DNA from: Lama glama
Lineage: Eukaryota
DNA: 64,000 nucleotides
Assembly (NCBI GenBank): GCA_028534125.1
Contig: CM052818.1
Coordinates: forward strand, 39,806,001-39,870,000
Direction of reading: 5' to 3'
Position numbers and translations under genes: made by a program. A model generated the notes under the pieces. That model did no database searches and had not been told where the DNA came from. It was given only the letters and a program-made list of their open reading frames with translations. Shown in pieces: positions 38,100-51,370 of the stretch (its first letter is position 1; the number at the start of each line of letters is the position of its first letter).

Positions 38100-38230
38100 A
38101 CTTGTTCATTCATTCATTCATTCAACACAACTTACTGATCACAGCTCTGGGCCAGTCCTGAATGTGTGGGGACTGCAAAGTGACTGAGATGTACTTCCGG
38201 TTTCCTGAGCGTTATAGTGCAGGGGGCATG
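38100..38230 (-). mobile_element. L2 LINE 3' end
   Basis: (ttca)n tail: gttcattcattcattcattcaacacaacttactga. Confidence 0.75.
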
Positions 38231-39314
38231 GGCGTGTGGCAGCAACACCACGGACTAGTGACTCAGGGGCGGTGGGAGCAGGGCAGGCGTATCTGGGCAG
38301 GTGCTTCTCCCCAGGGAGGACACCAGGCCTCCTCGGTGGGCGGGATGCGGTTCCAGCTGACGCGCCAGCTGACTTTCCAGCTCTCAGTCAGAAGGAAACC
38401 TGATTGGGGGTGGGGAGGATGCAGTTATGACTGCGTCTGGTTGTCTAGGTTGTAGGGTGGAAAGCGGAGGCCTGGAAAGCACCTGTAGTGATCACCGCAC
38501 AAGGGTCTCCCAAGATCTGGAGGATGGAGGGGCCTGTGGGGCCTGTCAGGGAGAGCAGGGGATGGGTAGGTGGTATGTGGAGAGGAAGGTAAAAGGGGCC
38601 CATGAGTAGATAACAAGCAAACAAAATCGAAAAGCAGAGACAATAAAACTTTTCGGTGAGAGGCTGCAGTCTGGAGGGGATTGGACCACAGGGCTGGTTT
38701 GGGAGGAAAGTGCTCAGAGCCCTCATCACGATGCAGGATGCAGCCATCAGGGTGTTAGGCAGGTGGGGCTGCCCTAGGGAGGGTGGGGATAAGACACAGG
38801 GCGAGGACTTGGTGGGGGTGTGTGGGGGGGAGGGGATGGCCCTCCCTGGCAGAGGAGGAGGGAGTTCTGCGTGAATCACTGCAGAAAGGGGCAGAGGTTC
38901 TTAGTGGATCACAGGATAGCATTGAGGCCAGTGCTTATTTTCCCAGGGGCAGAAAGGAACTTGGATGATCAAGAGGAAAACGAGAAGCCAGAAAGACTAA
39001 TGAGACAAAAAAGCTTAATTTTAAATCTCCACTTAAAGGTTGAAAATGAACTTATGAATTGGCTGACTGAGGCACTAACCAAATGACCATTTGAAAAGTC
39101 TAGAGTCAGCTAAACCCATTAGGTTACACCAGAAAGGTTCTTACATATCGTGGGTGCAGCCCCTTAGCTTCCAGGGAAGGGACAAGTCCCTAATCCCATG
39201 ACTGACCAGCAGGCCTGGCCCTACCCAGGGGTCCTGAAAGGCTATGGGATGGGGGACAGACGTGGAGATGAGACAGAAGGAGGAGTCACTTCTGGGTGTT
39301 TATTTACGACACTG

Positions 39315-39420
39315 AAATTATTCAACCAACCTGAAAATCTTAACTAAGTAAGTGCCAACCAAGTGTAGGCACTGTGAAAGACACTGAAGTGTTTGAGAGC
39401 TTCTCATTCTTTTGGGAGCG
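39315..39420 (-). mobile_element. L2 LINE 3' end fragment
   Basis: ttattcaacc...gtgccaaccaagtgtaggcactgtgaaagacactg. Confidence 0.5.
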
Positions 39421-39539
39421 ACAAGACATCTTTGGCAGAGAGAATAATTAATTCTTTGGGAATTCGGTTGATGGGAGAGATTGCTGTGGTGGGCGTGGTC
39501 ACCCACCACGGAGGTTTTGAAGAGCTCAGACAATACAAA

Positions 39540-39541
<2 letters not shown>

Positions 39542-39592
<51 letters not shown>

Positions 39593-39596
39593 GTGT
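39542..39596. repeat. (TG)n microsatellite, one interruption
   Basis: direct TG run. Confidence 0.97.
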
Positions 39597-39913
39597 AAGG
39601 GGTGGGAGCGGGGAGAGGAGAGCAGAGTCCCCCAGGCTCTCAGAGGCTAGTGATTTGCTATGTCCTAGTACAGATTGTACTGGTGATGTGTGAAAATGCC
39701 TGACCAATTTTGATGCTCTGTGCTCATGTTTCCTCTGCAAACACACAGGGCCAGGCCACGGGAAGCAGTGTAGAGCTATACACACCCCACCAGCTGAAGG
39801 GACAGAAAACCTGTGTTCCCGCCTTCCCAGCATCACTAACTTTCCGCTGGTCTCATCAGTGAGCCGGGGTGTCTCGTTAGGCAGATACTTATATCTGAGC
39901 TAGTTGTACCGGT

Positions 39914-39927
39914 GTTGCCCAGGTAAC
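39914..39927. promoter_or_regulatory. RFX X-box motif (candidate)
   Basis: GTTGCC-CA-GGTAAC fits GTNRCC(N0-3)RGYAAC. Confidence 0.4.
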
Positions 39928-41364
39928 AACAGGAGATCCTTTCAGCTCCGAGGCCAGGCTTGTTCTGTAGGGGGAGTCAGGGTGCCCACACATGGTTGGC
40001 AGTGTTCCCCGGGCCAGGAAGGAACAGGGCCCTCGTCCGGCCCCCTCTGCTCTTTGTCAACATCTTCCTTCAGCACCGCCTTACCCTGGAAGCCCCTGAA
40101 AGCAAAGAGTCACTCCGCACTTAAAATCTCTCCTTGTTTACAAGGTATTTGGGCACAGATGAAATGACTGCCTCCCAGGCCAATTTCTTCACCTCTCTTA
40201 ACAATTTTATCGTGCAAAGGAGGATGCTGAAAGATCTCAACGCTACTGAAGATTGTGGCTCCAGAGCAGAGATTCATCTGCTTTTGGAATTCCATCCAAA
40301 GACCTTTCTGGACACATTCCATTTCCTTGCACACTTTTATCACCTTTCTCAGGTCAGGGCTGGTCCTGGCAAACTCCTCTCCAGAAGCCCGTCCCATGGG
40401 ACATTTTCACGGGTAAAAACCCTGGTGAAACCTTGTGGACAAGGACAATCTCTGGCAAGAGAGAGACTAAAATCTGAGTTGTCAACAGTAACAAAACCCA
40501 AGAAAGGTATTTATATAACCAAAGTAGACTAAGAAATGGTTCCTGATTAGTAGAAGGCCTTGTGGGATATGTTTTAATAAGTAGATTGAATTGGATCACA
40601 ATTACCATTACTTATATACACAATCAATAAAAATAATTATTTCATTAAATCAGACAGAAATGCTACCTTATCATCCTGTTTGCTTTGCTGATATTATTCA
40701 ATCAAGACCTTTTTTATTTAACATGGTGGCACAGGTAAATTTTAATCCCGATACTCAATTATCTAAATCACTGACATTTTCCTGTTCTCAGAAAAACGCT
40801 CCAGGAACACAGCCTGCTTGTTCCTCCCCTCCCCTGGCCGGCAGAGCAGGGCAGAGTAAAACAAAGAAAACTGGCAGAACTCCATTTTCAATCCATGTTA
40901 AAAACTGGGATGTCTCGCTGCTCTTTCTTGCTAAACATAAATAAAAGAAGCTCTTCTTTAGGTAAAATTGCATCTCAACATTCTCCAAAGTGGTGGCAGC
41001 TCCTGGACTTCACAAGAAAAGAGCTCCGTTTTCCTAAAAAATAATCTGGAGCAGGGAAGGCCAGCTGAAAGTCGTCCTCCCACAATGGTGAGGACTCCTC
41101 TCCTGCTGCCTCCAGGAGCACAGAGGGAGGCATCGTGGGATCAAGGAGCTGAGTCAGCAAAAGAGGCGGGGAGACACAGCAGGGGTGCAGCGTGTGGCCC
41201 CCGTTCCCTGCCTCCTATTTGGCCTGGGGCTCAGCAAGGCTCCGTGCTTTTCCTTCCATCGTCTCCAAATCCTAAGAACAAGTCAAAAAAGTCAAAAGAG
41301 GAAGCACTAGGTTAAGAAGAAAGATACCGAAGAACTTTTAACTCAGAAGTATTTGTTGATTGAC

Positions 41365-41500
41365 TGGTTCACTCATTCATTCATCATTCAGAAAGAATTA
41401 AGTATCCACTGGGCATTAAGCCGAAGGCCAAGGCTGGAGGTGCAGAGATAAATGATTTATAACGGCTGTCTCCCAGAGGCTCCCAGTCTAACGGCCCAAG
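41365..41500 (-). mobile_element. L2 LINE 3' end
   Basis: ctcattcattcatcattcag...gctggaggtgcagagataaatga...cagaggctcccagtctaa. Confidence 0.65.
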
Positions 41501-41769
41501 AAGAAGCTGCGTCTCGCCAAGAGTCTTGGAATTCTCACTGCACTTGTAGTTGGGCTTCCTTACTCATTGTTGATTTGGTGCATCCATCTTTTTCAGGAAC
41601 ATCTGTATCTTACAAGCTGATGGAAATTGATAACAGGCATAACTAAGAGCACTGAGTTTAGGCTGAGGCTTGGTCTCAGGGCAGGGCCCAGGGTAAAGCA
41701 GGCGAGACACCCGGGGCAGGGGATTAAGGAGGCATGAGCCTCAGGGATGCGCTAGTGGGGTCTGCCTAA

Positions 41770-41950
41770 CAGTGACAGGTTAACAGACTTTGTAGCAGTC
41801 ATTTAAACTCTCTGAGCTTCAGTCTCCTGTCTGTAAAACAGGGACATGCCCACCTCATAGAGTTGTTGAAAAATTCATCAAAATTAATGGTTATTGAAGT
41901 ACCTTATAAACGATAAATGACATATGTTGGTTTTATCAATAGTAATAATA
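41770..41950 (+). mobile_element. MIR SINE
   Basis: gtcatttaaactctctgagcttcagtctcctgtctgtaaaacagggac...cacctcatagagttgttg. Confidence 0.8.
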
Positions 41951-42104
41951 ATTGTTTATGATCTTTTTCCTTTACCACAGTGACATCACTGATAGCCAGA
42001 ATCAAAACAATCTTTGTGGTAAATGCAACACATTATATTGGAAATGCACTAGAGAAATCAAAGGATCTGGACCTACACTTTATAAGAGGCAGTGATTAAA
42101 TATA

Positions 42105-42350
42105 ATTCAGGAGTTCAGTATAGCAAAATTCTGGGCTATGGACTCAGACACGCTTGGATTTTAATCCCAGCTATCACTTACAAATGTTTAAACTCACCTC
42201 TAAAGTCTCAGTTTCCTTATTTGTGCAAAGGGAATAATAACAGCGGACTCACAGGGTTGTTATTGAGGATTAAATGAGATAATGTGTGTAACGGTCTCAC
42301 CGGGTGGCAGGCACTTAGAGAACACGTCGTGGACGTGAGTTGCTGCTGTT
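42105..42350 (+). mobile_element. MIR SINE
   Basis: ctgggctatggactcagac...tctcagtttccttatttgtgcaaagggaataataa...tcacagggttgttattgaggattaaatgagataatg. Confidence 0.85.
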
Positions 42351-43897
42351 ACGTGGGGATGGCAGCAGGCCAGTTGATGCTACAGACCAGAATGTCTCCT
42401 GAGATACTTCTCCTTTTCCAGTTTCCTTAGCTGAGATCATATTATATAACTCTAAATCACAAGGATATGTTTCCTACAGGCTTGCTTTTAGAAATAATAA
42501 CACTAAACATTGTTCCCTCATTTCCTAAGTTTCTCCAGAATTATAGCTGTGGTGTAAGTGCCCAAAACTAAAGATTGGGACTTTTTCCTTAAAATAGGAA
42601 CTAGAACATTAATGGAATCATGCTTTTATCTTCTTCTTTTAGTGATTTCAGTATGTACCTTAAATATTATTTTAAATAGGTAATTTCAGCATTTATTTAT
42701 TTTAAAAGAGTCTGGCATCCCCATGACCTGACTCCTTATTGCCACAGGCCAGCTCTAGCTTCATCCAAAGATGTTTTTTGTCATCTATTGCAAAGCTAAG
42801 AGTGAAAAAGAAAGGCAAACGTTGCTACTTCTAGTGTCAGAAGCTTGAGACATGAGCGGGGCTGGTATGAAATCCTTTGATGTGGGGCATGGATGGTGCA
42901 CAGGGGCAGGAAAACCACATGAGGCCCCGAGAGTCAGTCTTGGAAAAGAAGTGTTGTCTTAGCCCCACTAGGAGGAACAGGTTTGGGACTAAGGGAAGGG
43001 CCAGTTTGCAGGTCCCGCAAGGGGTCAGACAGAATGTATGCAGGGAAGAGCTCATGAGGCAGACACCCACTGGCTTAGGGAAAGACCCAGTGGTTCAAGA
43101 GAGGATGGGAGCATGTCTCTCTGCAGGTATTTACTGAACACCCAGTGGCATCATCAGAACTGCAGGTACCACAGATGCAACTCACAGGCTCTGGCCCCAG
43201 GGAACGTCTCGCTGGTGTAAAGGACAGGGCTGCACACAGGATAGAGGGGCTCACCTCCGCACTCGAACTGCTGCTGGGCAGGGGCGATCCAGAGGTGAAA
43301 ATGATTATACCTCTGCAAATTGCCTCTTTCTGCCCGTAGCTCATTCTCTCACCTGCTACGTGTCAGTTCCTATTGACCAATGGCTAATCCAACTTCTGGC
43401 ATAAAAGAGGTCCCGAGGAGAAACATCTGTGAATGAATGAATGTGCGAGGATACTGGGCCCTGAGGCATGTCCTCGCCACGGTGTCCTAGGAAAGGGGTT
43501 CTTAGTGATGATGAGCCACAGGATTCTCCTTCTGGGAGAAGGAGCTATGGGCGCTACGGATCTTCGCTTAGGCTTGAAAAGTAGTTAATTAGATCACCGG
43601 AAGGATGATCGCTATTTCCTAGATCCTCAAAAGGGGGTCAAAGTTGAAAGCTTTGGGTTGTGTGCTATCAAGATCCATGTAATATTTTTCCCCCTTGAAT
43701 TTAAGTTTAGAAAGAAATATTCTCTAAACATGGATTTAAATGCTTTGGATTTTAGCTAATAACCATTATTAAACCAATGTGCTTTCTCTTTGTTCTTAGC
43801 AATCAGAGTGCTAAAACTTAAAATAGAGCCCAACTGTTGTGCCTGATAATCCCATCCTTGTTCTAACCTTCTATCCCATCTTTATCTTGAGATTATA

Positions 43898-44022
43898 GGG
43901 TGGTTTTTCAAGAAACGTCTCTGTATTTTCAACAATTTCTTTGTATTTTAATTTCTGGGGAGAGAGGGCATGGATTTTTCCTCAAAGGGATTTATGATTG
44001 TTCACAAAGTTCACGAACCCCA
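43898..44022. mobile_element. hAT-Charlie (MER-type) fragment
   Basis: ttctggggagagagggcatggatttttcctcaaagggatttatga...aaagttcacgaacccc resembles a Charlie-family terminus. Confidence 0.4.
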
Positions 44023-44699
44023 GGTTTAACTAGATTTCATTTTTAATGGCAATTCCCAGGACACACAAGCCTGTAGTGACCATAAAAAAGGAAGAGATAC
44101 CAAAGAGTCACTCTCTAGTCAAGTCCATCCTTTATCACTGGAACCCCATCTCTGTCTAGGTTGGAGGGTAGGGTTCACAAGATGCCAGTTCTAGCCAGTG
44201 ACAGGACTTGGACCACATCCCTCTTGCCCAGCAGGAGAGTTCACACTCTCCCATAATTTCCCACAAGACCTTCAGCAGGTCAACTACCTCAGATTCTTCC
44301 ATGCTAAAAGTTTTGCGGGAAATGTGATTTACTTTCCCTGTCTCCCTCTGTTGCTTCAGAGAGCTATAAAATCCTGGTGAGGGAGCAGTGAGAAAAAAGC
44401 TGGAGTATAAGGACTTACAGTGGAAACTTGCAAACAAGGCTGATCCTCACCTTTTCTCCCCTGCCTGCTCTAACTGCAAAACCACCGGAAGAGTGGGGTT
44501 AATTGATCCTAAGTACTTCCTCTAACTCCTCATGACTCTTAATTGCCATCTGGTTTATTGACATCCAGCCAATTTTGATATAGTCAATTTTTCACCAATT
44601 TTTAAGCTCAATCATAGAACAAGACAGTCATCATAAACTAAGTCCAGGGAGGGTTTGGGATGGTTATGGTGAGCAGGTGGTTAAAGCAATAGCAAAAAG

Positions 44700-44820
44700 T
44701 CTAAGAGGAAACTGAAGAAGATTAAGTAATTTGCCCGAGGTCACAAAATAACAAGAAGAGAAGCAGAGATCCAAACCCAGTCTTACCTGACCTCTAAATC
44801 CATGCTTGGAAACACTTTGC
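44700..44820 (-). mobile_element. MIR SINE fragment
   Basis: gaggaaactgaagaagattaagtaatttgcccgaggtcaca...agcagagatccaaacccag. Confidence 0.85.
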
Positions 44821-45099
44821 AGTCCTATTAAGTGAAGAGCATCCATGAAGGTCAATTACGTGGTAAGAGGCTGCCTTGAGTGATGACATCATGCATCAGT
44901 TACTTCATGACAGTGACTGGCCTCCAAGGCAACCTGAAATGCTGCATCAGGACACGGGAAACAGAGTCACCTCCCATAACCAGGAAGCCACAGGCATCCA
45001 CTGAGCGATCCTGAGTGGATTTTCCAGGCACTTCAAGATCAGACTATGTAATAAAAATCTTGATAATAGAAGATGCAAATCCTTCATTTCCATCGTCAT

Positions 45100-45240
45100 A
45101 TTTAAAAAATGTATCCTGGGGATATAATCAGAGATGTACACAAAGTTGTACATACAAGATGTTCACTTTAGAGTTATTTATAACATCAAAATGATGGAAT
45201 TAAACCAATAGTCAACAAGAAGTTTGAGTAAATTAGGCAA
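45100..45240 (+). mobile_element. Old L1 (L1MC/ME) fragment
   Basis: gtatcctggggatataatcagagatgtacacaaag...tacaagatgttcact...gttatttataacatcaaaa. Confidence 0.7.
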
Positions 45241-48200
45241 TTCTGCCCTCCACAACTCAGCCCAGGACACCCAGGAGTTATGCTGCTTTTGTGCCCTCAG
45301 TCTTATCCAGGAGCTCTGTTGAAGTGACTAGCTCTCAGGCCATCTCCTGAGGATACTAGTACTGGCCCAGAAGGAGCTGCGCTGGAGGACAGATCCTGAG
45401 TGTCACCTCACCAGGATTCATGGAGTTACTCCTCCCCACAAGGCCAAGTGCCTGACCTGCTCCCCCACACCACACCCCTTCCTTCCTCCTGAAGAAAGTT
45501 CTTCCCCCACCCAGTGCACTGCCTCCCAGAGGGGTGTTCCTTTCCCCACTGGCCGAGGGGCTCTCACGCTGTGAGATGTGGTGAATGGCAGCGCCGGCCT
45601 TTCCAAGGATTTCCTCTTCCCTGGACATCCTGCAGGAGGCTCCCAGCAGGCTGTGACACGCTTGCACTCGTCTGAGTTTGCACTGGGTAACACCCGGGCT
45701 CTGCTCTGCGCCATTTTCATAAATAAATAGCAGGTGATCCTTTTGGATTCAAATCACATGGTAATGACGACGTACCCAGAGTGGGCTCTTGGCCACACTC
45801 ATGGCTCTTGCTCCAGAGGTTAAAGGTATCGGTCAGACGAGTTCAGCGTCGGGCCAAGCAGGCTACGGGCTGAGCGCTTTTGAAGGGTAGCTGGCATCAG
45901 CCTTTAGAAGTGCTGTCATTCCTTCCACCACAAGATGCTCCCCTGGTCGAGCCCTTCCTTGCCAGCTGCCCTCATCCGGTGGATGCCCGGCCCAGGCAGC
46001 ACTGGCTGAAGCTCAGGTCCAGTCTGCAGCTGGTGTAGGAGCCGAGAAGAAAGCTCTGAAGCTGGAGAAAGGCTTCAGACTGGGAAGGACGGAGCCCGGG
46101 ATGGACCAAAAAAAGCCCACTGCTTTCGCTCTTCCCAACGCGTGACCTGAATTTAGAAAAGTGCCTCCATCAGCACACAGGGGGCAGCGTTCAAAGCTCC
46201 GCTGTGCGCACATTCGCTTGGGTTCCTTGCTTTCTTTCTCACTCTTTGAAATGAAAAATAAAGCCGCCTGTCAAGGCGGGTGATATGTTCAGACCTGTCA
46301 CCCACACAGATTCAGGAAGACTTCAAAGTGGAAACTCCTCGGATCTGATTACATTTCGTCGCAGATGGTAAATTTATGCCCTGAGCTCCCACCTTTGCCC
46401 TGACTCCTGTTCTTTAAGTTGGTGAAGAGAATATACAGTGGTGTCATTTGCAGACTAATGAGTTAAGTGCCACTTTTCCCCTCAAACTTTACAGACGATC
46501 TGGATTTCAACAGAGATGAGTTGAGACTTAGCTTTTTTATAGACTCTGGGCCCTGAGAAACAGTTGCCCATTAGAAGATGAAACACCGTGAGGGACTCCA
46601 ACTTCCCTACCAGGGTATCTGTCAACTTTCCCCTGGTGCTTCACTTGTAACCGTGGGGATAAAGAGAGTATCTAACCCGTAGGGTGGGTGTGAACAGTAA
46701 CTCAGTTATTGTATTCAAAGCAGTAAAAATATCGCCCGAGACAAATTGTTACATATGCATGAGCTCTTGTTTCCCTGAAGAAAAAGATAGGAAGGAGCAT
46801 GGAAAGGGGAGGTGAGTCTATATGCTGACTGTTCAGTTGATAACCATCTGTACCCATCATCAAGTGTAAACTCTGGTGGCCATTCAAGGCCCACCCTGAT
46901 TTGGCCCCAAATTAGCCAAAAGAGATGCATCTAATGGTTCTCATTCTTGGCTGTTTTACTCTGAGAAAGACTGGGATGCCACTTCCTCAGAGAAGAAGTA
47001 CTGGATCATTGCTCTCTCTCTAATTCTCTAATGTGCATATTCTGGGCTATGGAGCTTGGCCCTGACTGATGATGAAGGTGGTGTATTTTTGACTTACCCT
47101 TTGAGGATCTCTTTATTGCTACCCACACGGCTTCTCTGTTGTTGTGCACACCTGTCAATCACTGGTTCGTGTTCACGGTCTCAGCCAAGAAGCATTTGTA
47201 AAGGTAAGAGTCACTATGACTTGGAAGAGATGTTGAGTTCATTCCTGGGCTTCTCTCCCAGACTTTGGATGGTGCCTTCTGGGTGAGCAGAACACTGGCC
47301 AGGTGAATAGAACAGTGGCCCTGGAAGAGCTTCTCCAGGCTGGCAAGGCAGGGTGTGTTATCTCATGCAGACAGAGCACTCATTTGCTTTCCAGATTGGT
47401 GAGAGCTGAGCCCGTAGGTGAGCATATTTCCCCCTGGTCCAGAGCTAATGCTTTGTCTCCTGGTTTTGGGCTGTAATCCAGGCAGAGATCAGGTCTCCAC
47501 ACACTCTCAGGGGTTGGGGCTCCTGCGTGGGGGGGCTCAAGACTCTTTGCTTCTTGCTCATGACCTGGTCCTATCTGATTCCTCTTCTGGAAGAGAAAGG
47601 ATCCAGATGGAACCTGGTTTGATATTAAGTAGGTTACTAGTTGGCTACTGGTTAAAAATATCCCCAGAGAGACCAGAAAACCACATATTTTATTACAGAA
47701 AAAGTTTTTTTTTCCCTCTACCAGACTTAAATGGAAAAGAGGAAGCATTAACTATTTGCATCAAAATGTTTTGTTTTGTTGTGACACAGGAAAATAACCA
47801 AGCACAATATTACATTCCATGCTTTTAATCATTTTTTTCTATCTGTTCCATCTGCTGCATTCATTTCTCCAGTCTTATGTCCACCGATGTGGGAGGGTGG
47901 GTAGGTGCAGGGGATAATCTTGTCAAAAGACACACTGATGCATGTTCACGTGTCCATGAAAATGTTTTATGATATTAAAGAAAATCTTTTGGAAAAGAAC
48001 AGTTTCCACTCATGCTAACTAAGGAGGTGTGGGAGAAGCTCTAATTCATCATCCTGAGTGGACTTTAGGGCTCTCCATCCTCCTCCTTTTCCTCTTTTCA
48101 TAGGGCACTTTTGACTCAGATGAGAATCTTGTAAACACCTCACTTTGACAGTTGTCAGTAACACTGGCCTTTCAGCCAAAAACGGGCCATTCAGCACATT

Positions 48201-49119
48201 CCTGGACTGCTGACTCCATCCATGACCTTAGGGAAACAGAGAAAATAATTGCTATCCTCCAGAAGCTCACAGTCTTGGGGCGGCAGGTGGACGGATCCAG
48301 AGAGAATCACAGGAGCGCAGACTGTTGCTGTGAAGGATAGATGAGGTGTGGGGCTGGGGGGCTGTGTTCTTGACGACGTCTTTGCACCGTCTTCCCCAGG
48401 GATGGCTTCCTTTCTCACGGAAAACAGCCACAGCCAGGGCCACGGCAGACGCTAATCTTCATCACAGGTAGGACATTTTCCCCTGTGGGGACTATTAGTG
48501 GTATTAATCCCAGCGTTCACTCAGACTTTCAGAGAGTTTCAGAGAGGCCTTGTGTCTCTACACAGAAACCAAGCCGGGTTCTCAGTTCCTCAGGTCCCTT
48601 CCTCTTGCTGCGCGGCCTCACTCCTCAAGCTGTTCAGCAGCTTTGCTAACCTGGTTGACTTAAATGTCAGATGCTGCTGAGTTTCCTTCTCCTGGGCTCC
48701 CCACTTTCTCATGCTCACGCCCAACTTGCATGAAGTCTTCACAGCCTGCTCAGCTGTTCTCCGCTGTTCTTGACTCTCAGGAGTCACTGCCCACACCTCT
48801 CATGTGGAAGCTGCCACTGACACCCCAGGCCCCGCTCTGGTGGTATGGTGCTTTCACGTGGCCATCGATCTAAAATGCTGCTGAGATTTTCAGCATGTGT
48901 TTTGGAGTGCTCTCACTGATTATGGACACTTTGCATCATAGCTCCCCTCTTATATACGCTGTTGCATCTTACAAGACCTAGAATAGAGGATTATATGTTG
49001 TAGTTATTCAGTATATTCCTGTTTTTCATACTTTTATTTTCAAACCTATCAGTAAATACTACTTGACAGTATTGCCCTTTCAAAACTATAAAAAAAACTT
49101 CTCCCACACTTGCACACAT

Positions 49120-49250
49120 GACTATAATTGCTTCTGTTTACTGAGTGCTGGCTATGTGCCAGGCTGTAGATGAGTTGGATGCCTCATTTTATTTTAACCC
49201 TTGTGATAACCTGGCAAAGTAAATGTTACTGTGTTAGAGATGAGCGAACT
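49120..49250 (-). mobile_element. MIR SINE fragment
   Basis: tttactgagtgctggctatgtgccaggc...cctcattt...ataacctggcaaagta...ttagagatgag. Confidence 0.7.
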
Positions 49251-51194
49251 CTTGATGGCTGTCATCAGAGCCTGGAGGGAAGAAGTATGCTGAATCTGTA
49301 GGCTGACCGTTAGTAGCAATCTATACCCACTGCCTAGTGTGAACTCTGCCAGGGAAGCCGCAGGTTAGAGAAGAGGGGATGGCTGTGAGAGGACAGTAAC
49401 CTTCGGGGTGATGAGTTCCTCCAGAATCGTAGAGTTATCTTTTTTTTTTTTAACTTTGTTAGTGTTGGGCTATAGATAAAACTTACTTTAAATTAAGTGA
49501 TGACAAAAAAGGTCATTTGGGCTTTTTTAACTCATCATGTGACTTGGGTCCACAATATGGACTTAGCACAGCTGTGTTTTTAATAATCTAAGCCAGATTA
49601 AAGGGATCCATGTTTGAAATGTGTGTTTTATTTAACAACGTGTTACTTATAGCACTTCAGACACAGGTGGGCTTCTAAGTTTCTGTTGAGGAAGCAGCAT
49701 CAATGTTCAGGGAGCTGCAGTTTTCACAAGATTTGTCTCTTCCAAATCTTATTAAAAAAAGTAAGCTTTAGGAGCTTCTGTGTCTCTCAAGTAAATGAAC
49801 ACTAATCAACTGACATAGTTCAGTTCATTTAGTTTTTAAAATAGCTCCCTGCTATTTTACTTTAAAAATCTTGAGATTTCCTAAATAGATCATTACCACC
49901 AAGTTGGTACTGACTTGTGGAGGCAATAAAACAAATAAAGTCATTAAAAATAATTTGAACAAAAGGAGTAACTTGATATTATGCCGTCTACATTTGGTTA
50001 AAATGACATTTTAAAGTTCTCTTTCATCTTACTAAACAGATCTCTAAAAGAAAAAAATGTGATTAATAAATTATCCTCCATAAATCTTATGATAACTATT
50101 ATAGTCTTTCGAGAATTATGAATCCACATCTGGAAAAAGTATTTTATATGCTACTGCCTGTAAAACAGCATGCCATGCATTTTACAAGTGCACGTTAGTA
50201 AGTAAAATACGGTATGTTTTTTGTGTTCATCATTTTCCCCTCCAAAAGAAGTGTAAGCCTAGTTTATTTCACAGTAAAGAGTGCTAATAAAGTTTATATG
50301 ACGCTTGTTTTCCTCCCTTACTTTGGTGCTGATGCAGTTTCACTAGGTTATTGGGAATAAGTTTTCTATCAGAACTCAAGGAAGCCTTCATTATAAGCTG
50401 AGACGTTCGATCCCCTTAGAATCACTGCACGGGCAGAAGTCAGCTGGTCCAAGGGGTGGCAGAAACATCATAGGAGTAAGCTGAAGCCATAGGCGCCACA
50501 TACCCACATACTTCACTTTTTTTTTTTTTTGACTCTTGAATTTGATTCCTTTTATACTATTTTAAATACACAACTCTCACAAGCCAGTGATTCAAAATGC
50601 AAGATTGGCTCATTTTTGGAATTAGAAATTTGATTAAACTTAAACATTTGTTAAATAAAATGAGCAAAGTACTTTGAGAGCCAACAATGTCCCTTGGAAA
50701 TAGAAAATGTTTTTCGTTTCCAAGCAGCTGTTTGCAATAAGAAGTGGCTGGTGAGTGAAAGGGAAGGGCGCCATTAAGTGAAGGTAACCCCTCCAGAGTT
50801 TTATGGCACTCTGCAGTCATGTGAGCGCCGTCAGTGATAAATATCACAATAGAGGTTGCAGTGTGCCTGGTTTTATTTTCATGTGGATCCTTGAATACAC
50901 TTTAACTCAAGTCACAGAATACATTTAATCACCACAGAAAAGCATAATCTTAATGTGCAACAAAAGCAACCTTAGGAAAAAAAAAGATGCAAAAGTCATT
51001 TCTGTGGGAATAACCTGCACTTACCCATAACAGTAACACCTGTAAACCAAATTTTCTTTCGTTTGGATTTTGGAAAAGCAGCAAGCTAGACTCTACTAAA
51101 GTAGATACCAGGTTTTCAGTCTCCAGAGAGTTTTAATGCATTTATCTTTTGGGCCTTGTTTCCAATCCTGTGAGTGACCCGAGGAAGGACTTGA

Positions 51195-51370
51195 GATGCT
51201 GTTGGAATGGTGAGGAGGGTAAAGTTCACTGGGTCCAGCCCCTTTACCTCATGGATGAGGAATCTGAAAAGCAGAATGGGAAGGGGACTTGCCCGGGGGT
51301 CAGTAACCAGCACAGACAGGACTAGGACCCATATCTACTGGGTTTGGGTCCCCGACTCCTACCTACTCCA
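51195..51370 (-). mobile_element. MIR3/MIRc SINE
   Basis: gtccagcccc...tggatgaggaatctgaa...gggacttgcccgggggtca...ggactaggacccat. Confidence 0.75.

Noticed and set aside
39318..39836. 172-aa ORF with HTHTHT repeat and CVCVCV ORFs on the other strand
   Set aside because: Translations of the (TG)n microsatellite
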